Source of the DNA: the human T2T-CHM13v2.0 reference genome, Homo sapiens
NCBI RefSeq assembly: GCF_009914755.1
Contig: NC_060933.1
Length of the DNA stretch: 64,000 bases
Direction: 5' to 3' (one strand)
Shown: positions 42,854 through 58,075 of the stretch, piece by piece
Layout: every line of letters begins with the position of its first letter
Position numbering within the stretch: the stretch's first letter is position 1
Notes under the pieces: model-generated
Database searches by the model: none
The model's input: the letters and a program-made list of their open reading frames with translations, nothing else
What the model was told of the DNA's origin: nothing
Made by a program: the position numbers and the translations under genes

Positions 42854-45800
42854 ACAAAGTTTTCTTTAAATGGCCAATTCGGCTGAGGAAAAAAATACTC
42901 ATCGTGAAAATCAAGTAGGTCAATATGTTGGCTAAAATTTCCAATTGCCTTTAGCAGCCAGCAGATATGAAAGTAAAAGGAACAATCCCAATCCTTGAGT
43001 TTATTTTTAGGCTCCCCAAGAAAGAATAATAACATACCTGGTTTAATTTCTCAAGTACTCCTATATTTGATAACTCACTGAGCTGCTTTTTGTGGCCTCT
43101 GTGACTCTTTAATCCAATGCATTCCACAAAGCAAAGATCACTTTAAAGCACTCTCCCCACCCCATCCTCTTTCTCACAAAAGGTGATGTTTCATTTTCCC
43201 AACTTCCTTTTGGTAAATTATTACATGGACCTGCTTTCCCTGGGAAAAGTCCAGAAGCATATCTTCTAATTTAAGGAATGTACCAAACATTTTGAGTCCT
43301 ACAGACCCTTCTGATTGGTCATGAATGTAACAATCAGCCTTTCTCCTGTGACACTTTTAATTCAAAAACAAACCCAAGGCAACCTTCAAAGCTGAAAGTG
43401 CTGAAATTCCAGAATCAGAAAAGAAAAAAAAACTTGCTCATTGATCAAGGTGACACAGTGCATGACTTCAGTATTTAATAGAGTGCTAACTACTGTATAC
43501 TTAAATCAACTTCCATAAATTCCCAATGATGATACAAACCATTTACCTGGAGGCCCCAAAACATAAAATCTATGACAGACTTTGATATTAATTTTTATTG
43601 AACATTAACATTACACCCTATAGACATGAACATATTACCTACGATTTATGCAGCAGTAGACTTTTGTAACCTCACGAAATTCATGTTGTTAAGTCTTCAT
43701 TCAACCCCCATCCCCCTATGTGCACAAACAAATACACAAACCTGCTCTGATAAAATCAACAATTACACTTGCTTCCCTCTCTGAGTTGCCAAGTCATCAG
43801 ATCCACCCACCCGGATCCCTTTATGACTGTAAAGTTTATGGATTACTTATTTCTCACGGGTTTTGCTTCCTGACATACTGTAACCACTTTCCTTTTATAA
43901 AGCTCTGATCAATTCTCAGAAGCATATTGGCAGAGGACAGTGAGCAACAGTAGCAAAGATGTTTTTAGGATTTTATTACTTGGAGTCTTGTTTGCAAAGA
44001 ACTTTACACTCACATCAGAGCCTTCTTACACTTTAGAAATGGAAGCATTCGTAATCCTATTTAACACACACCAAAAATAAGGTTAAGTCACTTGCAAAAG
44101 ACCACCCAGTAGATACAAGGTAGAGTTCAGGTGCAAGGTAGCAAGTGTTCCATCTACCCTTTTAATTTCCTCAGCCACCAAAATTCAAGTTTTTGTTTTT
44201 TAATTAAGGCTGACATCACTCGTGTGAGCAGAATCAGCTCATCACATGCGGCACCACTAGCAGCTAGACTCTAGCTGCTAGAACATCTCCTTCCCAGTTT
44301 GTTGTTGTTATCGTTGTTGTTGTTGTTGGGGCAGAATAGACGGTTTGAGAGTAGAAGAGGCGAGAACAGAACCTACGAGCCCAGTGATAGGTGTGATAAT
44401 AAAGACGAGTTTTGAGTTTCTGATAAGCAGTTTATTTTTAAGGACCCAAAATAATCTACCTTGACATTCCTCCCAAGTAATACATTCATGTTTTTCTTGA
44501 TAACAATATAATTGTTATCCAAATAAACCTTAGATTTACTTAGGAAATAGTTTTAATAGAAAGTTTAAGAAGTCAAATATAAGACTAGTATTACCATATA
44601 AAAATCCCACGTAGAATCTACTTTTTCTCATCAGGCAAGGTCCCAAATAAAAAACCACTTTCAGTAATGAGCCTTGTAAAGGTACAACCTAAATGTTTTT
44701 TATATGCTTATCAAAAAGTTGCAAGGTAAAAAAATAAAATTTTTGTCTCATGAAAATTCAAAACCACATACAAAATTTGTATTTTTCTAATTAAGACTTT
44801 CCCTACATTGGACATCCAGAAAGTACTACAGAACATATGAGAATCTGATCTTTTATTATGAGTAATAGGTGTTTCTTCTTCACCACCAGAGGTCAGAATC
44901 CAGAATTAAGTCCTTATTTTTCTAAAGTATTAAAGTTTTATACTTTAACCTCATGAATCTTGGAGCAACTTTAAAAGCCACTTAAAACAAAACAAAAAAG
45001 CCCTCATTTCTCGACACTAAATGTAACTGTAGAAAACAGTTTCACAAAGGAAGAAGAGAGGGCAGACATTCTGGTTATTTCTTCCCCCAAAATACTCTAG
45101 AAGAGCTTATATGCATATCCACAAGGAGGTAATAGTTGTTGAGTCGGCCTCACATTTATTCGCAGATTCAACAAAGGACAGCTGACAAGCATGTGCCAGG
45201 CATGGTGTTAGGTGCCCAGGACATGAGAGAAAAAAAATCCCTCCACTCATGGAGAAATCTGACCTCAATTCCATCTGACCTCAATTCATCTGTAACACTC
45301 ATTCAACAAACACACTGAACACCTCCTAGAGCCAGCATGTTTGGAATGAACGATTTGTCTACATAAGATCCTGCTCATTATCTTGCCTTTCTACTGAAAT
45401 AGAGTTTATCCCATGCCTATGACAGAAAATTCATCTCTAAATATTATTCTACTATTCACTGGACTTCCCCCAAAAGGCTGGTCAAATTACTTGACCTTTT
45501 AGACATTCTTATCTTACAGATCTAGAAGACAGGAAACAACAGGAGCTTGAATATGTAACTAAGTTTTTATAACTACATTAGAAACTTTCCTTGCCTGTAC
45601 AAGACAAAAAATAAACAGCTTTTTTTTTTTTAATTTACAATTCACAAAAATAGACAATCACAACCCTCCTGGCAAAAGAAAATGTTCCCAGAATACTAAA
45701 TACTAATTTGAGGAAAACTTCACATACTAAAATCACAAATCTCTGAGTCAGGTATTTCTCTTTAGAGAAAAGCAAATCAATTGTAATGGTCCAGCAGCTT

Positions 45801-47116
45801 TTCATACCCTTGATAATGACTAGTTTCTTCCACATAAGAATTTTCCTTTTCCTCTCTGTTCAGTTCCAAATACTGTTTGTTCAAACTGAATCAATTTCAT
45901 ATTTAGGATTTTTAACTGGATCACACTTTCTGCCTAACATTTTTCATATAACCCCTCATTAAAGAGACATTAACAATTTCAATCAAACCAATTCCACTTC
46001 CTTACCCAAAAACTTAATTTCCTGTACAGTACTGCTTTCATTTCACCTTTAAAAAAATCTCAGTTCACAATTTTTTAAAGACCTCTGTTCTCTATTACTT
46101 AAGAAAATTCATAGTCTGGCAGAATATGCACCAATACAGGTTGTTACAAGTTTGGCTACTCAGTTTCTGATGGATCTTCTGGTACATAAAACCAAATTAC
46201 ATATTCAAGCTCCTGTCCCTACTTAAAATTCATTTTTAAAATTACTGAACACCAAAAATGGATGACATGAACAAAATATACTCACAGAATGTTACAACAG
46301 TCCATATAAGATGCAATAAGAAAGAAAATCAATGAAACAATATTATAAATTGCACAAAACTCTCAATAAAACAAAGTTCAGCAAAACAAAGCTGATTATA
46401 TATACTTTAAACTTTTAACTGACTTCACTTACCTCTCAATCTGACAAGGATACCTACTTTCCCTCTGTAAAATACATGGGTGACACCCTCCAAAGAGCAA
46501 ATGTATATAGCTATTAAGTACCTCTCCCATAATATACTTAGTACAAGGCATCTTGTTTGTTCCGAAACCTGGCTTTTTGCTTTTGTTCTTGACCATTTGC
46601 TCTTGTACTTAAGTAATTTATTATTTTGTTAACCAATAAAATGAGGGTGAAAAATGACTACTTTTGAAAAACTAAATTAACTACTTTGCAGATACTCAAA
46701 CGGAAGTGGCTAAATTAATAACTGCCTAATGAACGGTGGAAAGAGAATTTAAGTCTGTAAGAAACAATAATTTTAGTCTTAATTTTAATTATTCCTTTCT
46801 AATTAATTAACTACAACTAGACCAAGTAGTCAGCTGGTGTCGAATTAAGAAGTGTTTCGTGAAGCTAAACAAATATGATAAAGCATATGGTGGTGGCCAC
46901 TCCCAATCATCCCCTTCCCCAGGGTGGCCAGACGAGTCTTCAGATAGCACTCCTCCTGAAGGTCATCTAACTGACCCCACAAATCATCTTAACCTAATCT
47001 TACACTGGATTCTCTGGTTTATTTTCATGCCGGAAATAGCATTTTGGTTGAAAACACAGTTTCCTCTGTAAGTATTAGCCTCCAACCTAAATTTTTAGAG
47101 CTGAAACTGAGTTCTA

Positions 47117-47237
47117 TTTTTTTTTAATAGAGACAGCGTCTCACCATGTTGCCCAGGGTGGTCTTGAACTCCTGGGTTCAAACAGTTCTCCCACCCAAAG
47201 TCCTAGGATTACAGGCGTGAGCCACCAGACCCAGGCT
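47117..47237 (-). mobile_element. FLAM_C / Alu monomer
   Basis: Reverse monomer; TSD AACTGAGTTCT. Confidence 0.88.
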
Positions 47238-47309
47238 GCAACTGAGTTCTTGAACCCATAAAGCTGAGAAAACATAAAACTTAAAATCTCACTACTCTAC
47301 TACATTCTA

Positions 47310-48762
<1,453 letters not shown>

Positions 48763-49029
48763 GCTATACCAGTAGCAGTCGGTCTGCACTCAATGACTAC
48801 GATTCAGAAGAAGAACGCAACCTACTGTTCCAGTCTTTAACTAACAACAGCTCCTCGGTTTGCACCTGCAGTTGGAGTCTCAGGAACATCATTTCCTCCA
48901 CAAGCTTTGCACTTTCCCACCTCCTGGCCCCTGTTCATACCACCAAGAAAACAGACCCAGTCCTCCTCAAATTCCACCATTCTTCCTTAAGCAGGGGCTT
49001 TTGGTCAGGTGCTGTGAACTGCTAATTTG

Positions 49030-49265
49030 GTAGGAGAGCAGAATAACATAGTGGGGTAGTGGGGTTGAGGGCATGGAATGTGGTAGCAGGTTACCTGGTT
49101 TCAAAATCTGCCTCTACAATTTACTAGTTTAAGCCAATTAATCTCTCTGTGGTCCAATTTCCTCATCTTTAAAATGGGAATTATAATCAACATTACCTGA
49201 TGGGGGTGTTGTAAACTGAATGAATTAATATAGCTAAAACCTTTAAAGCCCTGCTTGACAGTTTT
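49030..49265 (+). mobile_element. MIR SINE
   Basis: 'tttcctcatctttaaaatgggaattataat' core. Confidence 0.75.
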
Positions 49266-50079
49266 TGCCACATCATCGTTATTGCCCCCACCAAAATTTC
49301 TACTACAGTGACTATCACCACACCTGGTCCAGATTTTTACTGTGTAGACACTAGCCCACATCTTTATAAATTGCTACTTCCTCACCTATTTCAGGGCACT
49401 GCTTACTTGCAAGAAACAAACAAGAATATCTATGAACCCCATTAGTCCCTTCCTAGAGAAAGGCACTAGTGAGAATATAATACGGTCCATAAAAACTCTG
49501 TGTAAATCAACTGGGGTTAAGGAAGAGAAACACTAGCAAAGGTATTTTAATTAGCGAGTAATTCTACCCTGTTTCAGAAACAGAAAAATCTAGTGGCAAA
49601 AAGTACCGGGAGAGGGCAAGTCCTGGGAAGAAACTGCTGGGAGAAGGTCACACTTTCTATTCCCAGGGCTTCATTCATTCCTTATCTTGAATCAAGAGAC
49701 AATACATGGAAAATAATTAGAGGGGGATAACCTATATTGATAACCAAAGAAAACCAAAAAATAACTGGATAGACGATTGATACAGACATCACTGCCTATT
49801 CCTCTCCTCTCCAGTTGTTCAGGCCTACAGTTGGCTGTAGTTCACTTTTTACAGTTGGTTGAAAACAGAAAAAGAGGCTGCAGGAAGGAAGCCAAGGACA
49901 GTACTAAACAGCAGCTCTGGAGAACATGGGCTGGCAGGTGTATGAACACAGAACCATTGATTTCAGTGACCACTACAACAACCATCCCCAAAATCATATC
50001 TTCAGGAAAGAATGTTTCTTTTTAACAAATGATTTGCCCTAATAAACGTAGCCCCATATTTGGCCTTCAGAAGCAATTA

Positions 50080-50232
50080 TTTTTTGTTTTTGTTTTTGTT
50101 TTGGTAGAGACAGGGTTTCACCATGTTGGCCAGGCTGATCTCAAGTGCCTAACCTCAAGTGATCTGCCTGCCTGCCTGCCTCAGCCTCCCAAAGTGCTGT
50201 GATTACAGACGTGAGCCACTGCACCCAACCAG
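50080..50232 (-). mobile_element. Alu left arm
   Basis: Reverse left monomer. Confidence 0.88.
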
Positions 50233-50359
50233 GAAGCATCTTTCCAACCCGAACTGCAATATAACTTTTTCATTGCAATAAACCTAAACCTCACTTGTGC
50301 CTAAATGCAAGCCAGCATCACATCCTCAGCTGCCAAGTTGAAGAATAGGCTCTTATCAA

Positions 50360-50527
50360 TTCAACAGCACCCAAAAGCATTAAACTCAGCTGAGATATTT
50401 GTGTGAAATACAGATTCCTGGACCCCTAGAGAGGCTGACTCAGTCTGGGGTAGAGATCAAGAATCTGCATTTTTAAACAAACCCCCAGGGAATTCTTAAG
50501 TACACTGTAGTTTTATGACCACTGCCT
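50360..50527. mobile_element. MER5-like hAT MITE
   Basis: 'tacagattcctggaccc…aagaatctgcatttttaaacaaaccccagg…gaccactg'. Confidence 0.65.
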
Positions 50528-52209
50528 GAAGGACATCCCTGGAATATCACTTAGCAAATGCAATTCATACTTACTTTGCCCACTATGAGAAACTGTTGGC
50601 ATCATTTGCATCAGCAAGCTCTGTTTCCACAAGACTGGGACCATGACTACAAACTGTTTCGGATTTGAAACTTGCCAGCATTACAAACAGAAAGGAAGGG
50701 GAGAGCATCTTTCTCATAGCTTAGTCACAGTCCTGGTGAAGGGTCTGAATCACCCTGACGGCTGCTTGTCTTTTTCACTAAAAGGCTGAATGATGAGGGT
50801 AGACTGTAGCACAATGGTTGTTTTATCCTGTTCCAGGTCCACCTTTATGGCCCAGGAACCCTGTAGCAGGAAAATGGGGCTTCATGGGATATGGTCTCTC
50901 GGGAATCATTCACTGAGCAGTTTTGCTAATTTGTTTTTACTAAAAATAATTTTATATAAAAGTAAAGTTATACTTTATAATACGATTCCATTTTAAAATA
51001 CTGATATAAGTATTTTGGAATATTTGTGTTCCTAAAGAGAGCAAAGGATACTTCTTTGCAAAACATATGTATGAGTACTTTTAAAAGCTGAGACACTTTT
51101 AACTTTTGCTATTAAAAGGAAACATAAAATAAACAAAGCTTTTGTTAACTGGTTAAAGTAAGTGGTGTTCAAGTTGCCATTCCAGTTTCCAAGCTGTTTT
51201 TGTGAAAGCAGAGGGGTGGGGGCATTTTACACCAGTGCAAAGGGTAAGAATAGCACTCCGGAAGAATAAAACTTCTCTTTATTTTGGCACTCCACATTAA
51301 CTTATCTGATAAGTTGCTGAGTTTATTATATGGGGATATTTATTTCAAAGCCAATGCCTTTTGCAGGGGTAGGCAGAGGCATGGTGACCAATTTTACTAT
51401 GGCAGAGCCTTTGGCCAAATCACTTCACCCCTTTGAAATGCATCACATGGCATCCTTTAATTTGAGTGCCTCCTCCACCTGAGTCATGTAGGATAAATTA
51501 CTCTGTGCTGTCAAATGTTGTGTACCTGTTATCACCACTGCCTGAGAGAGCATAAAATACATATTTTATGGAATAGTCACTCCTGAATGTTCAATATGCA
51601 CAACATAGTTTTGGTAAAAAGAAAGACTGACTTTCTGACAAATACAAGGATTTTGTAGCAGCAAGAGTACTAACACAGAAGCAAGTGACTATGTTCTTAA
51701 CCCTACGTAAACACAAACCAGACTAGTCATTTTACTTTGGGCAACACCAGATACATTCTCTGTGCCACTGGTTTCTTCAGATATAAAATAAGGGAGACTT
51801 GGATAACATGATTCCTAAAAGCTCACACTATAAACCTGTACTTTTCAAGCAGTCTCAGGTGTTGTTTTCTGTACCAACAAAAATGAAACATATTGTGAAG
51901 TTGACATAGAAATTCATTACTGTCTGCTTATTCCTGCTGAGGGTTCTGGAATTATAAGCCTGGGAAATAGCAAAATAATAGCTGCCATGCATAAGTTAAA
52001 GTGAAGAAAAAAAAATCAGAAATAACATCTGGATACCCAGACACCAGATCCCTTCAATACATGCAAACAGAAGGTATGTAGTCATTTTTAAAAGAAGGAG
52101 GCAAAAAGCCACAACTACTATTTTGAAAGATGATGTATACGAAAATTAGCAAAAGAAAACATATTATATCTTACATACTAAATAAGCATGATTTATACCA
52201 ACTATACTG

Positions 52210-52520
52210 TCATTCATTCAACACATATTTACTGAGCACCCATTATGAGCCATGAGTTGGGGAAAAGAGCAAAAACAAGACAAACAGTTCCTGCTCTTTG
52301 GAGCTAGATAAACAGCAAGGGAGTAAGCCAAAATTAAAGAATTTTTACAAACGTGATGTTGATGCACAAAAGAAGTAGATATAGGGTGTGCCCGAAAACC
52401 TAATAGTAGAAGAAGCTGGGTGTGAAGGTCCTCAGGGAATAACATTTCATCTAAGATTTTAAGGACTGTGGGCGGGGAGCATTGTGGGCTAACAGGAGAC
52501 AGCATTCTATGCAGAGAGGA
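52210..52520 (-). mobile_element. L2 3' fragment
   Basis: 'tcattcattcaacacatatttactgagcacc'. Confidence 0.7.
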
Positions 52521-52544
52521 TAGCCTTACACTCTTATTAAAAAA

Positions 52545-52750
52545 TTTTTTATTCTATTTTTATTATTTTTCTTTCATTGATACATAATATTTTACATATT
52601 TATGGGGTACATGTGAGTATTTTTTACACATACAGATTGTGTAACAATCAAGTCAGGGAATTTGGGGTGTCATCACCTTGCATGCTTATCATTTCTACGT
52701 ATTGGTAACATTTCAAATCCTCTCTTCTAGCTACCTCGAAATATTTGAAA
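52545..52750 (-). mobile_element. L1MA 3' end, antisense
   Basis: 'tgatacataatattttacatatttatggggtacatgtgag…caaatcctctcttctagcta'. Confidence 0.8.
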
Positions 52751-55700
52751 TATTAGACACTATCAAATGTTATATCTATAAATTGAGACAGTTTAGATAA
52801 TTTAGGTATACTGTTAAATGTTATAACTGAAAAGCAAAGGGACCAGGGAACATGTATCTACTTTATTTTGTGTGTGTGTGTGCTGCCTCCTGTACTTTTC
52901 TCCAGGTTACACATGCATGCACGCACACACACGCGTGTGTGCACAAGCACATGCATTTTATTTCTCTAGTTAACATGTATCTACTTTAGATCAATGGAGC
53001 ACTGTATTAAAAATTATATACACTGAGACCAGCAGGACAGAGCACTATATATATAGACAAAAAATGAGGGAAATCATTGGCACACTTACATTTTTTTCTC
53101 ATTTTAAAAATAGCAATCAAGATACTCAAACTCTTCATTCTGAAGACTATCCCCAAAATAATTAATCCCAAAATAAATTCGTGTAATTAAAACTTTTCTG
53201 ATTAAGAAAAAACTCCAATCTTTTCCAGAGACCACCTGGGCAGCCTCAGAACTATTATCCTTCTATGCTAATGATTGCTGGTTTTAATCATCGTCTTTAT
53301 AGCAAAAGACAATCATTGCATTCCAGTTGACAATCTGTGTCCAAGTTTCCTTTCCAAAGTTGTCTTTAAAGTCCAAGGCAAATAAAAACCACCACACATG
53401 GTTGCTTACAGAACTGACAAGAGATCCTTGACTCCAACAGACCTGGTTGGCATCAATGATTCAAGCACATTATGAAAATCTCCACACGACTCAAAGTTTT
53501 TTAAGTACAGAACTGAAGTTTACATCCACAAATCTGTTTGATCTCTGCAGTTGCAAAACCATATGGCACACAGAGAAAAACAAATTATCTCTGCTTATGA
53601 AATAAGAACCCTCTGTAGGCTTTGGGACAGACCAACAGCTATGATTGTCCTACTCGCTGCGTATCACTATAATTAACTTTCTCTGATCCTTTTGAAGAAT
53701 GTAGAGTTTTGGGGTTTTGGTTTGTTTGGGTTTGAGGGGTGGGGGGGCAGAGATTAGGGAACAGAAGTAAGGACATCACCAAGGGGAGATGGAGAGAATC
53801 CTAAGCCTAACCTCAGACACAATAATTTAAATATTATCTTTCTATAAATATTTTATGTCATATTTTCATGCTTTATTTAATCCCATTTATACTGAGGAGA
53901 TATATAAAGCCATGCATGTCAACATTTACCATGTAATGCAAGTTATGCTTGTGAAAAGGGCTATTATACTAAGTGACTCAGTAGCTTCCATAGTAATACT
54001 AGTTTCACAATCACTATAAGTTTCCAGCCATTGGCTACACAGAACCAAAAGCAAAAATATACCATGACAGTAATTAAAAATGCGGTTGAATTCTGCTATC
54101 GCTGTTTCCACTCCCACCACTACCTCTACCACCACCATCATTCATGCAATCCTCACCAAAAAAAAAAGTTTAGAAATAATTTACACTTCTAGCTTTGCAC
54201 CTCAAAAGTAACATGTAAAGGAATTTAAAATTTGATCTATGACACTAACAGATTTTAATAAACTACTTCATAAATATAAACAACCCACCAATGGACCCTT
54301 AGCACCAGCAAAGATAATTTCAGAGACAATTTGGTTAAGCAAATTCAAAAGTGTAATAAAAGAAACTGCAAATGCAAAAAAAGAGTGACAAGAAAAAAAG
54401 GAGTAAATATGTTTAATGGCAGAAGAATCATTTCCCAGATACATGTGCAATTTTATACATTAAGTGTTTTTAGGGGATGACCAGGTAGAAATAATTTATC
54501 ATTTTGATTTCCTAAGAGAAGACACTATTCTTAAGAATAAGAGGCTCAGTAGCCCTGCCTATCTTTCTGCCTGGTAAGACCAGAAAAATGAAAGTGTTTC
54601 CCTAATACTTTGTGTAGTATAACAGGTGATACAGTAGTTAAGACTGGCTTCAAGTCTTAACTAATCAGAGTTGTGAAATCTCAAAAACACTAGGTCCCAG
54701 AGCATTCTTTGCATTTTGTCTTTATTTTACTTATACTGTACCCAATGAAACACCTTCTAGGAACACCTACCGTCCCCCATTCCCATCCAGTCACAGCTCA
54801 CAGCCCTGCTGGCTTGCTAGCTTAGATCTCATAAACCTGGAGCTAAGAGCTAAGAAGCACAGTAACCTATCAGAGCTGTCAGACATGCTGGGGAAAGTTT
54901 CCAAGAAGCACACTAGGCAGAATTCAAAGGAAAAAATTTATCCCTGAAGCTCTGATCAACTCCAGACATAAATATCTTTAAAACATATGGATTACAAGCA
55001 CAGTCCTGGGAAAATCAGTAACATGTCGTGGAGGAACAACATTAATGGGTTTACCTGGAATCTGATCTGCTAATATCTAAAACACTTTTTTTTTTTAAAG
55101 ATCACTTGCTATAACAGGTGAACTAAGAATACCTTTTATTCACTATCTAATCTTACCGTCCTAAAGCCAGGTCCCTGCTGGGTAGGGAGGGGTGTCATAT
55201 ATTTGACAAATAATAATTGAAACAGCCTTTTCCTTTTCTTTTTGTTGACAGTCTATTCAGACAAACCAGGCTAAATACATTTCCAGATTCCCTTATGTGC
55301 ACAAGGAGAGAACAGCTCCATAAAGGTCCACAGAGACATCTGGAACAAGCAGCATCTCTACCTGCTAAGCATAAATACTGCTTTTCTGCCTTCCTGGATG
55401 GTGCTTTTAATTTCTCTTACAATCCTAAAGCCTCTCAGCTGGGTTAGAAAGCCCATTGTTTTTTTCCCTTTATCCTTCAGTGAAGGCCTTGTCTATACCT
55501 CTTGGCCACAGACAGACAGAACAAAGAGTAGTCAGACCTACAGATTTCTGTACTTGACCTTCTTTATGTGGGAAAGACGTTGGCGTCCAATACTGCTATA
55601 ATAAGAAAAAGGAAAGTGAGTTGCAGGAATGACAAACAGAATCTGTAAAAGAAGAAAAAGAATCAGCCACAAGTTTTCATTATCCAACTTAGGATATAAC

Positions 55701-57697
55701 AAAAGATGACTTTTAAAAATAAATAAATAAGCAAGTGAATCTAGTCAGGATAGAAATCCATTTGGCAAGTAAAATCCATCTCCAGCACAGCATTTTTAGA
55801 GCAGCATGCTGGAGTTTTCATGTTTTGAAAAATGAGACACTGACTAATACACTTAGCCAAATATTCTAATCTGTCATCATTCTAAATATACGGGCCTATC
55901 TTTCAGCAAACAAATTAGCAGGTAATATATCATCCCTGAGTGCATACCCTTCCCTGGATGCTCTATAAATACAGAGTGATCAAGACTGGCAGTTACTCAG
56001 TGTAAAATGTAAAACACTACTAACTTCACTTAAGCCACACTGCAGAAGTCCATCATATCAATCAGAAGCAGGGTGTCAGAAAAGTTTCATGCACTTGAAA
56101 TTCTTCCAGGGGAGGGAAAATGAGGAGACTTAGAAAAGAGATGGCTCTTACACTCCCTTTATTTGATCATGGAGAAAAGAAGAATGAATCTCTGGAAATA
56201 AATGACTCCTGTATGTTTTTAAGTGTGTCTAGGATCAGATGAGCAAGCCTCGAATTTGGCAAAATTGCAAACTAAAAGAAAAAATAGCCTTTGCGTTCTC
56301 CAGCCTCACCTACTAAAAGTAATTCAAAGTACATAAGCTTCCCAATACAGTAAAAGCTGCAAAGCTAGCTATAGTCTCAGGTCCTCAGAAACAACTCATG
56401 CATTTTCCAAGATTCTGATTTAAACAACAACCAACTATTTTCTGAGGGCAAAAGGGGAGTAAAGTTCTTAAATCATTTAATTCTGCCAATTAGTTCCGCA
56501 ACTATGGCATTAAAGAACTATGGATATTTATCCACTGGAAGTGGATCAAAAAGTGGGCTCTCTTAATGCCTATTAAATAGTGCTGATTTTCAAGCATCAC
56601 TGACCAAGGTCAAATCTGAACCAATGTGAAAACCTCCACTTCCCCATCACTAATCCCTTGAGCCATCCATTCTTCCAAAAGGCAAATGTTTTGTAGTCAG
56701 GGGAGAAATACCACACGGTATGGGTAGCACTTAATATGACTGGTTTCTACATTAAACTCAGCTTACACGTCTTCCATTTATCTGTAAAAAGTTAGAGAAT
56801 TAAAACACACTGGAATCTTTCAAATATGATATCACTATAGTACTGGCATATACAGAGAATCAAGGAATTAACTGCTTTATTCCACATATATTAGGTAAAA
56901 TCTCTGGTTTACTGACTGATATGTTTTTTTTTTTTCTCAGTATTTAGTTTTCTCCCACCAATTGGAGGAATAAAAGGATGCCCCACTGAGTATTTGTTTA
57001 CAATTGACAAGATTATCTTCTGTAAGTGTGTTACTGATCAAACTGTACAATGCACAAAGCTTCGGTTCCGCTAGGTTATCAGCTACACTTAGAACAGTTT
57101 GGGCTAAGGAGTTGGGAGGGATGAGGAAAACACAGTGAGCTGTAATGCAACTGTGCTCTTGGTGGGGTGCGCACACTGCGAATAACTTACCAACTCACTG
57201 CCCAAAAAGGAAAACTTCTAGAGTAGCCCAGTGGACCCAAGGACCTAATTGTTCACTTTCTTTATAGAACCACTGCTATAAGTACTGTCCTCCCCACTCT
57301 CATAATCTAATACACACTGCTAGGTAATTCAACTTAATATTCCCATTGAAACAAAGTTAGTCACAGTCCAAGTCTACAGTTATCTATACCATGAGTTTTT
57401 AAAACGTGCCCAGGTTCACTGAAAACCTAACCACGAATTACGGTACCTTTTCAAAAATATTAAATATATTGAAACTAATATATTCCAAATCCCCAAAGAA
57501 AATATGATTGCATTTTACCTCTCCACCCCCAAGGAAAGAAAAGCTGTGGTGCCCTGAGACCTAGACTAGATAAGCTAGTCACTACCAAAACCCTGAACAT
57601 AAAAAGCTACTCTGTCCATCGTGGGCACATTCTAGTCCCTCTTCAGAAAAAGTCCACTCTCTATATCCTCACTTCCTCCTTCCTCCTACTCAAGGAA

Positions 57698-57860
57698 AAA
57701 ATATATATATATTTATATATATATATATTTATTTATATATATATTTATTTATATATTTATTTATATATATATTTTTATATATATTTATTTATATTTATTT
57801 ATTTATATATATATTTATATATATATTTGTGTATATATATATATATAAATATATATATAA
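57698..57860. repeat. Compound (TA)n/(TTTA)n microsatellite, about 160 bp
   Basis: Seen directly. Confidence 0.95.
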
Positions 57861-57919
57861 AGTGTACTTTCATCACATGGAATTAACCACTTTCCCACTG
57901 TATTTTTAAACACTTTTTG

Positions 57920-58075
57920 GGCTGAGCATAGTGGCTCATGCCTGTAATCCCAGCACTTTGGGAGGCTGAGGCAGGTGGATCACTTGAGGTCAGGAGTTTG
58001 AGACCACCCTGGCCAACATGGTGAAACCCAGTTTCTACCAAGTCTACAGAGTGAGACTCCATCTCAAAAAAAAGA
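57920..58075 (+). mobile_element. AluS with most of the right arm deleted
   Basis: Left arm joined directly to 'acagagtgagactccatctcaaaa'. Confidence 0.88.

Noticed and set aside
44883-44897. CTCF-like motifs (CCACCAGAGGTCAG; also CCACCAAGAGGCAG near 27702)
   Set aside because: Both mismatch high-information core positions and cannot be supported without ChIP data.
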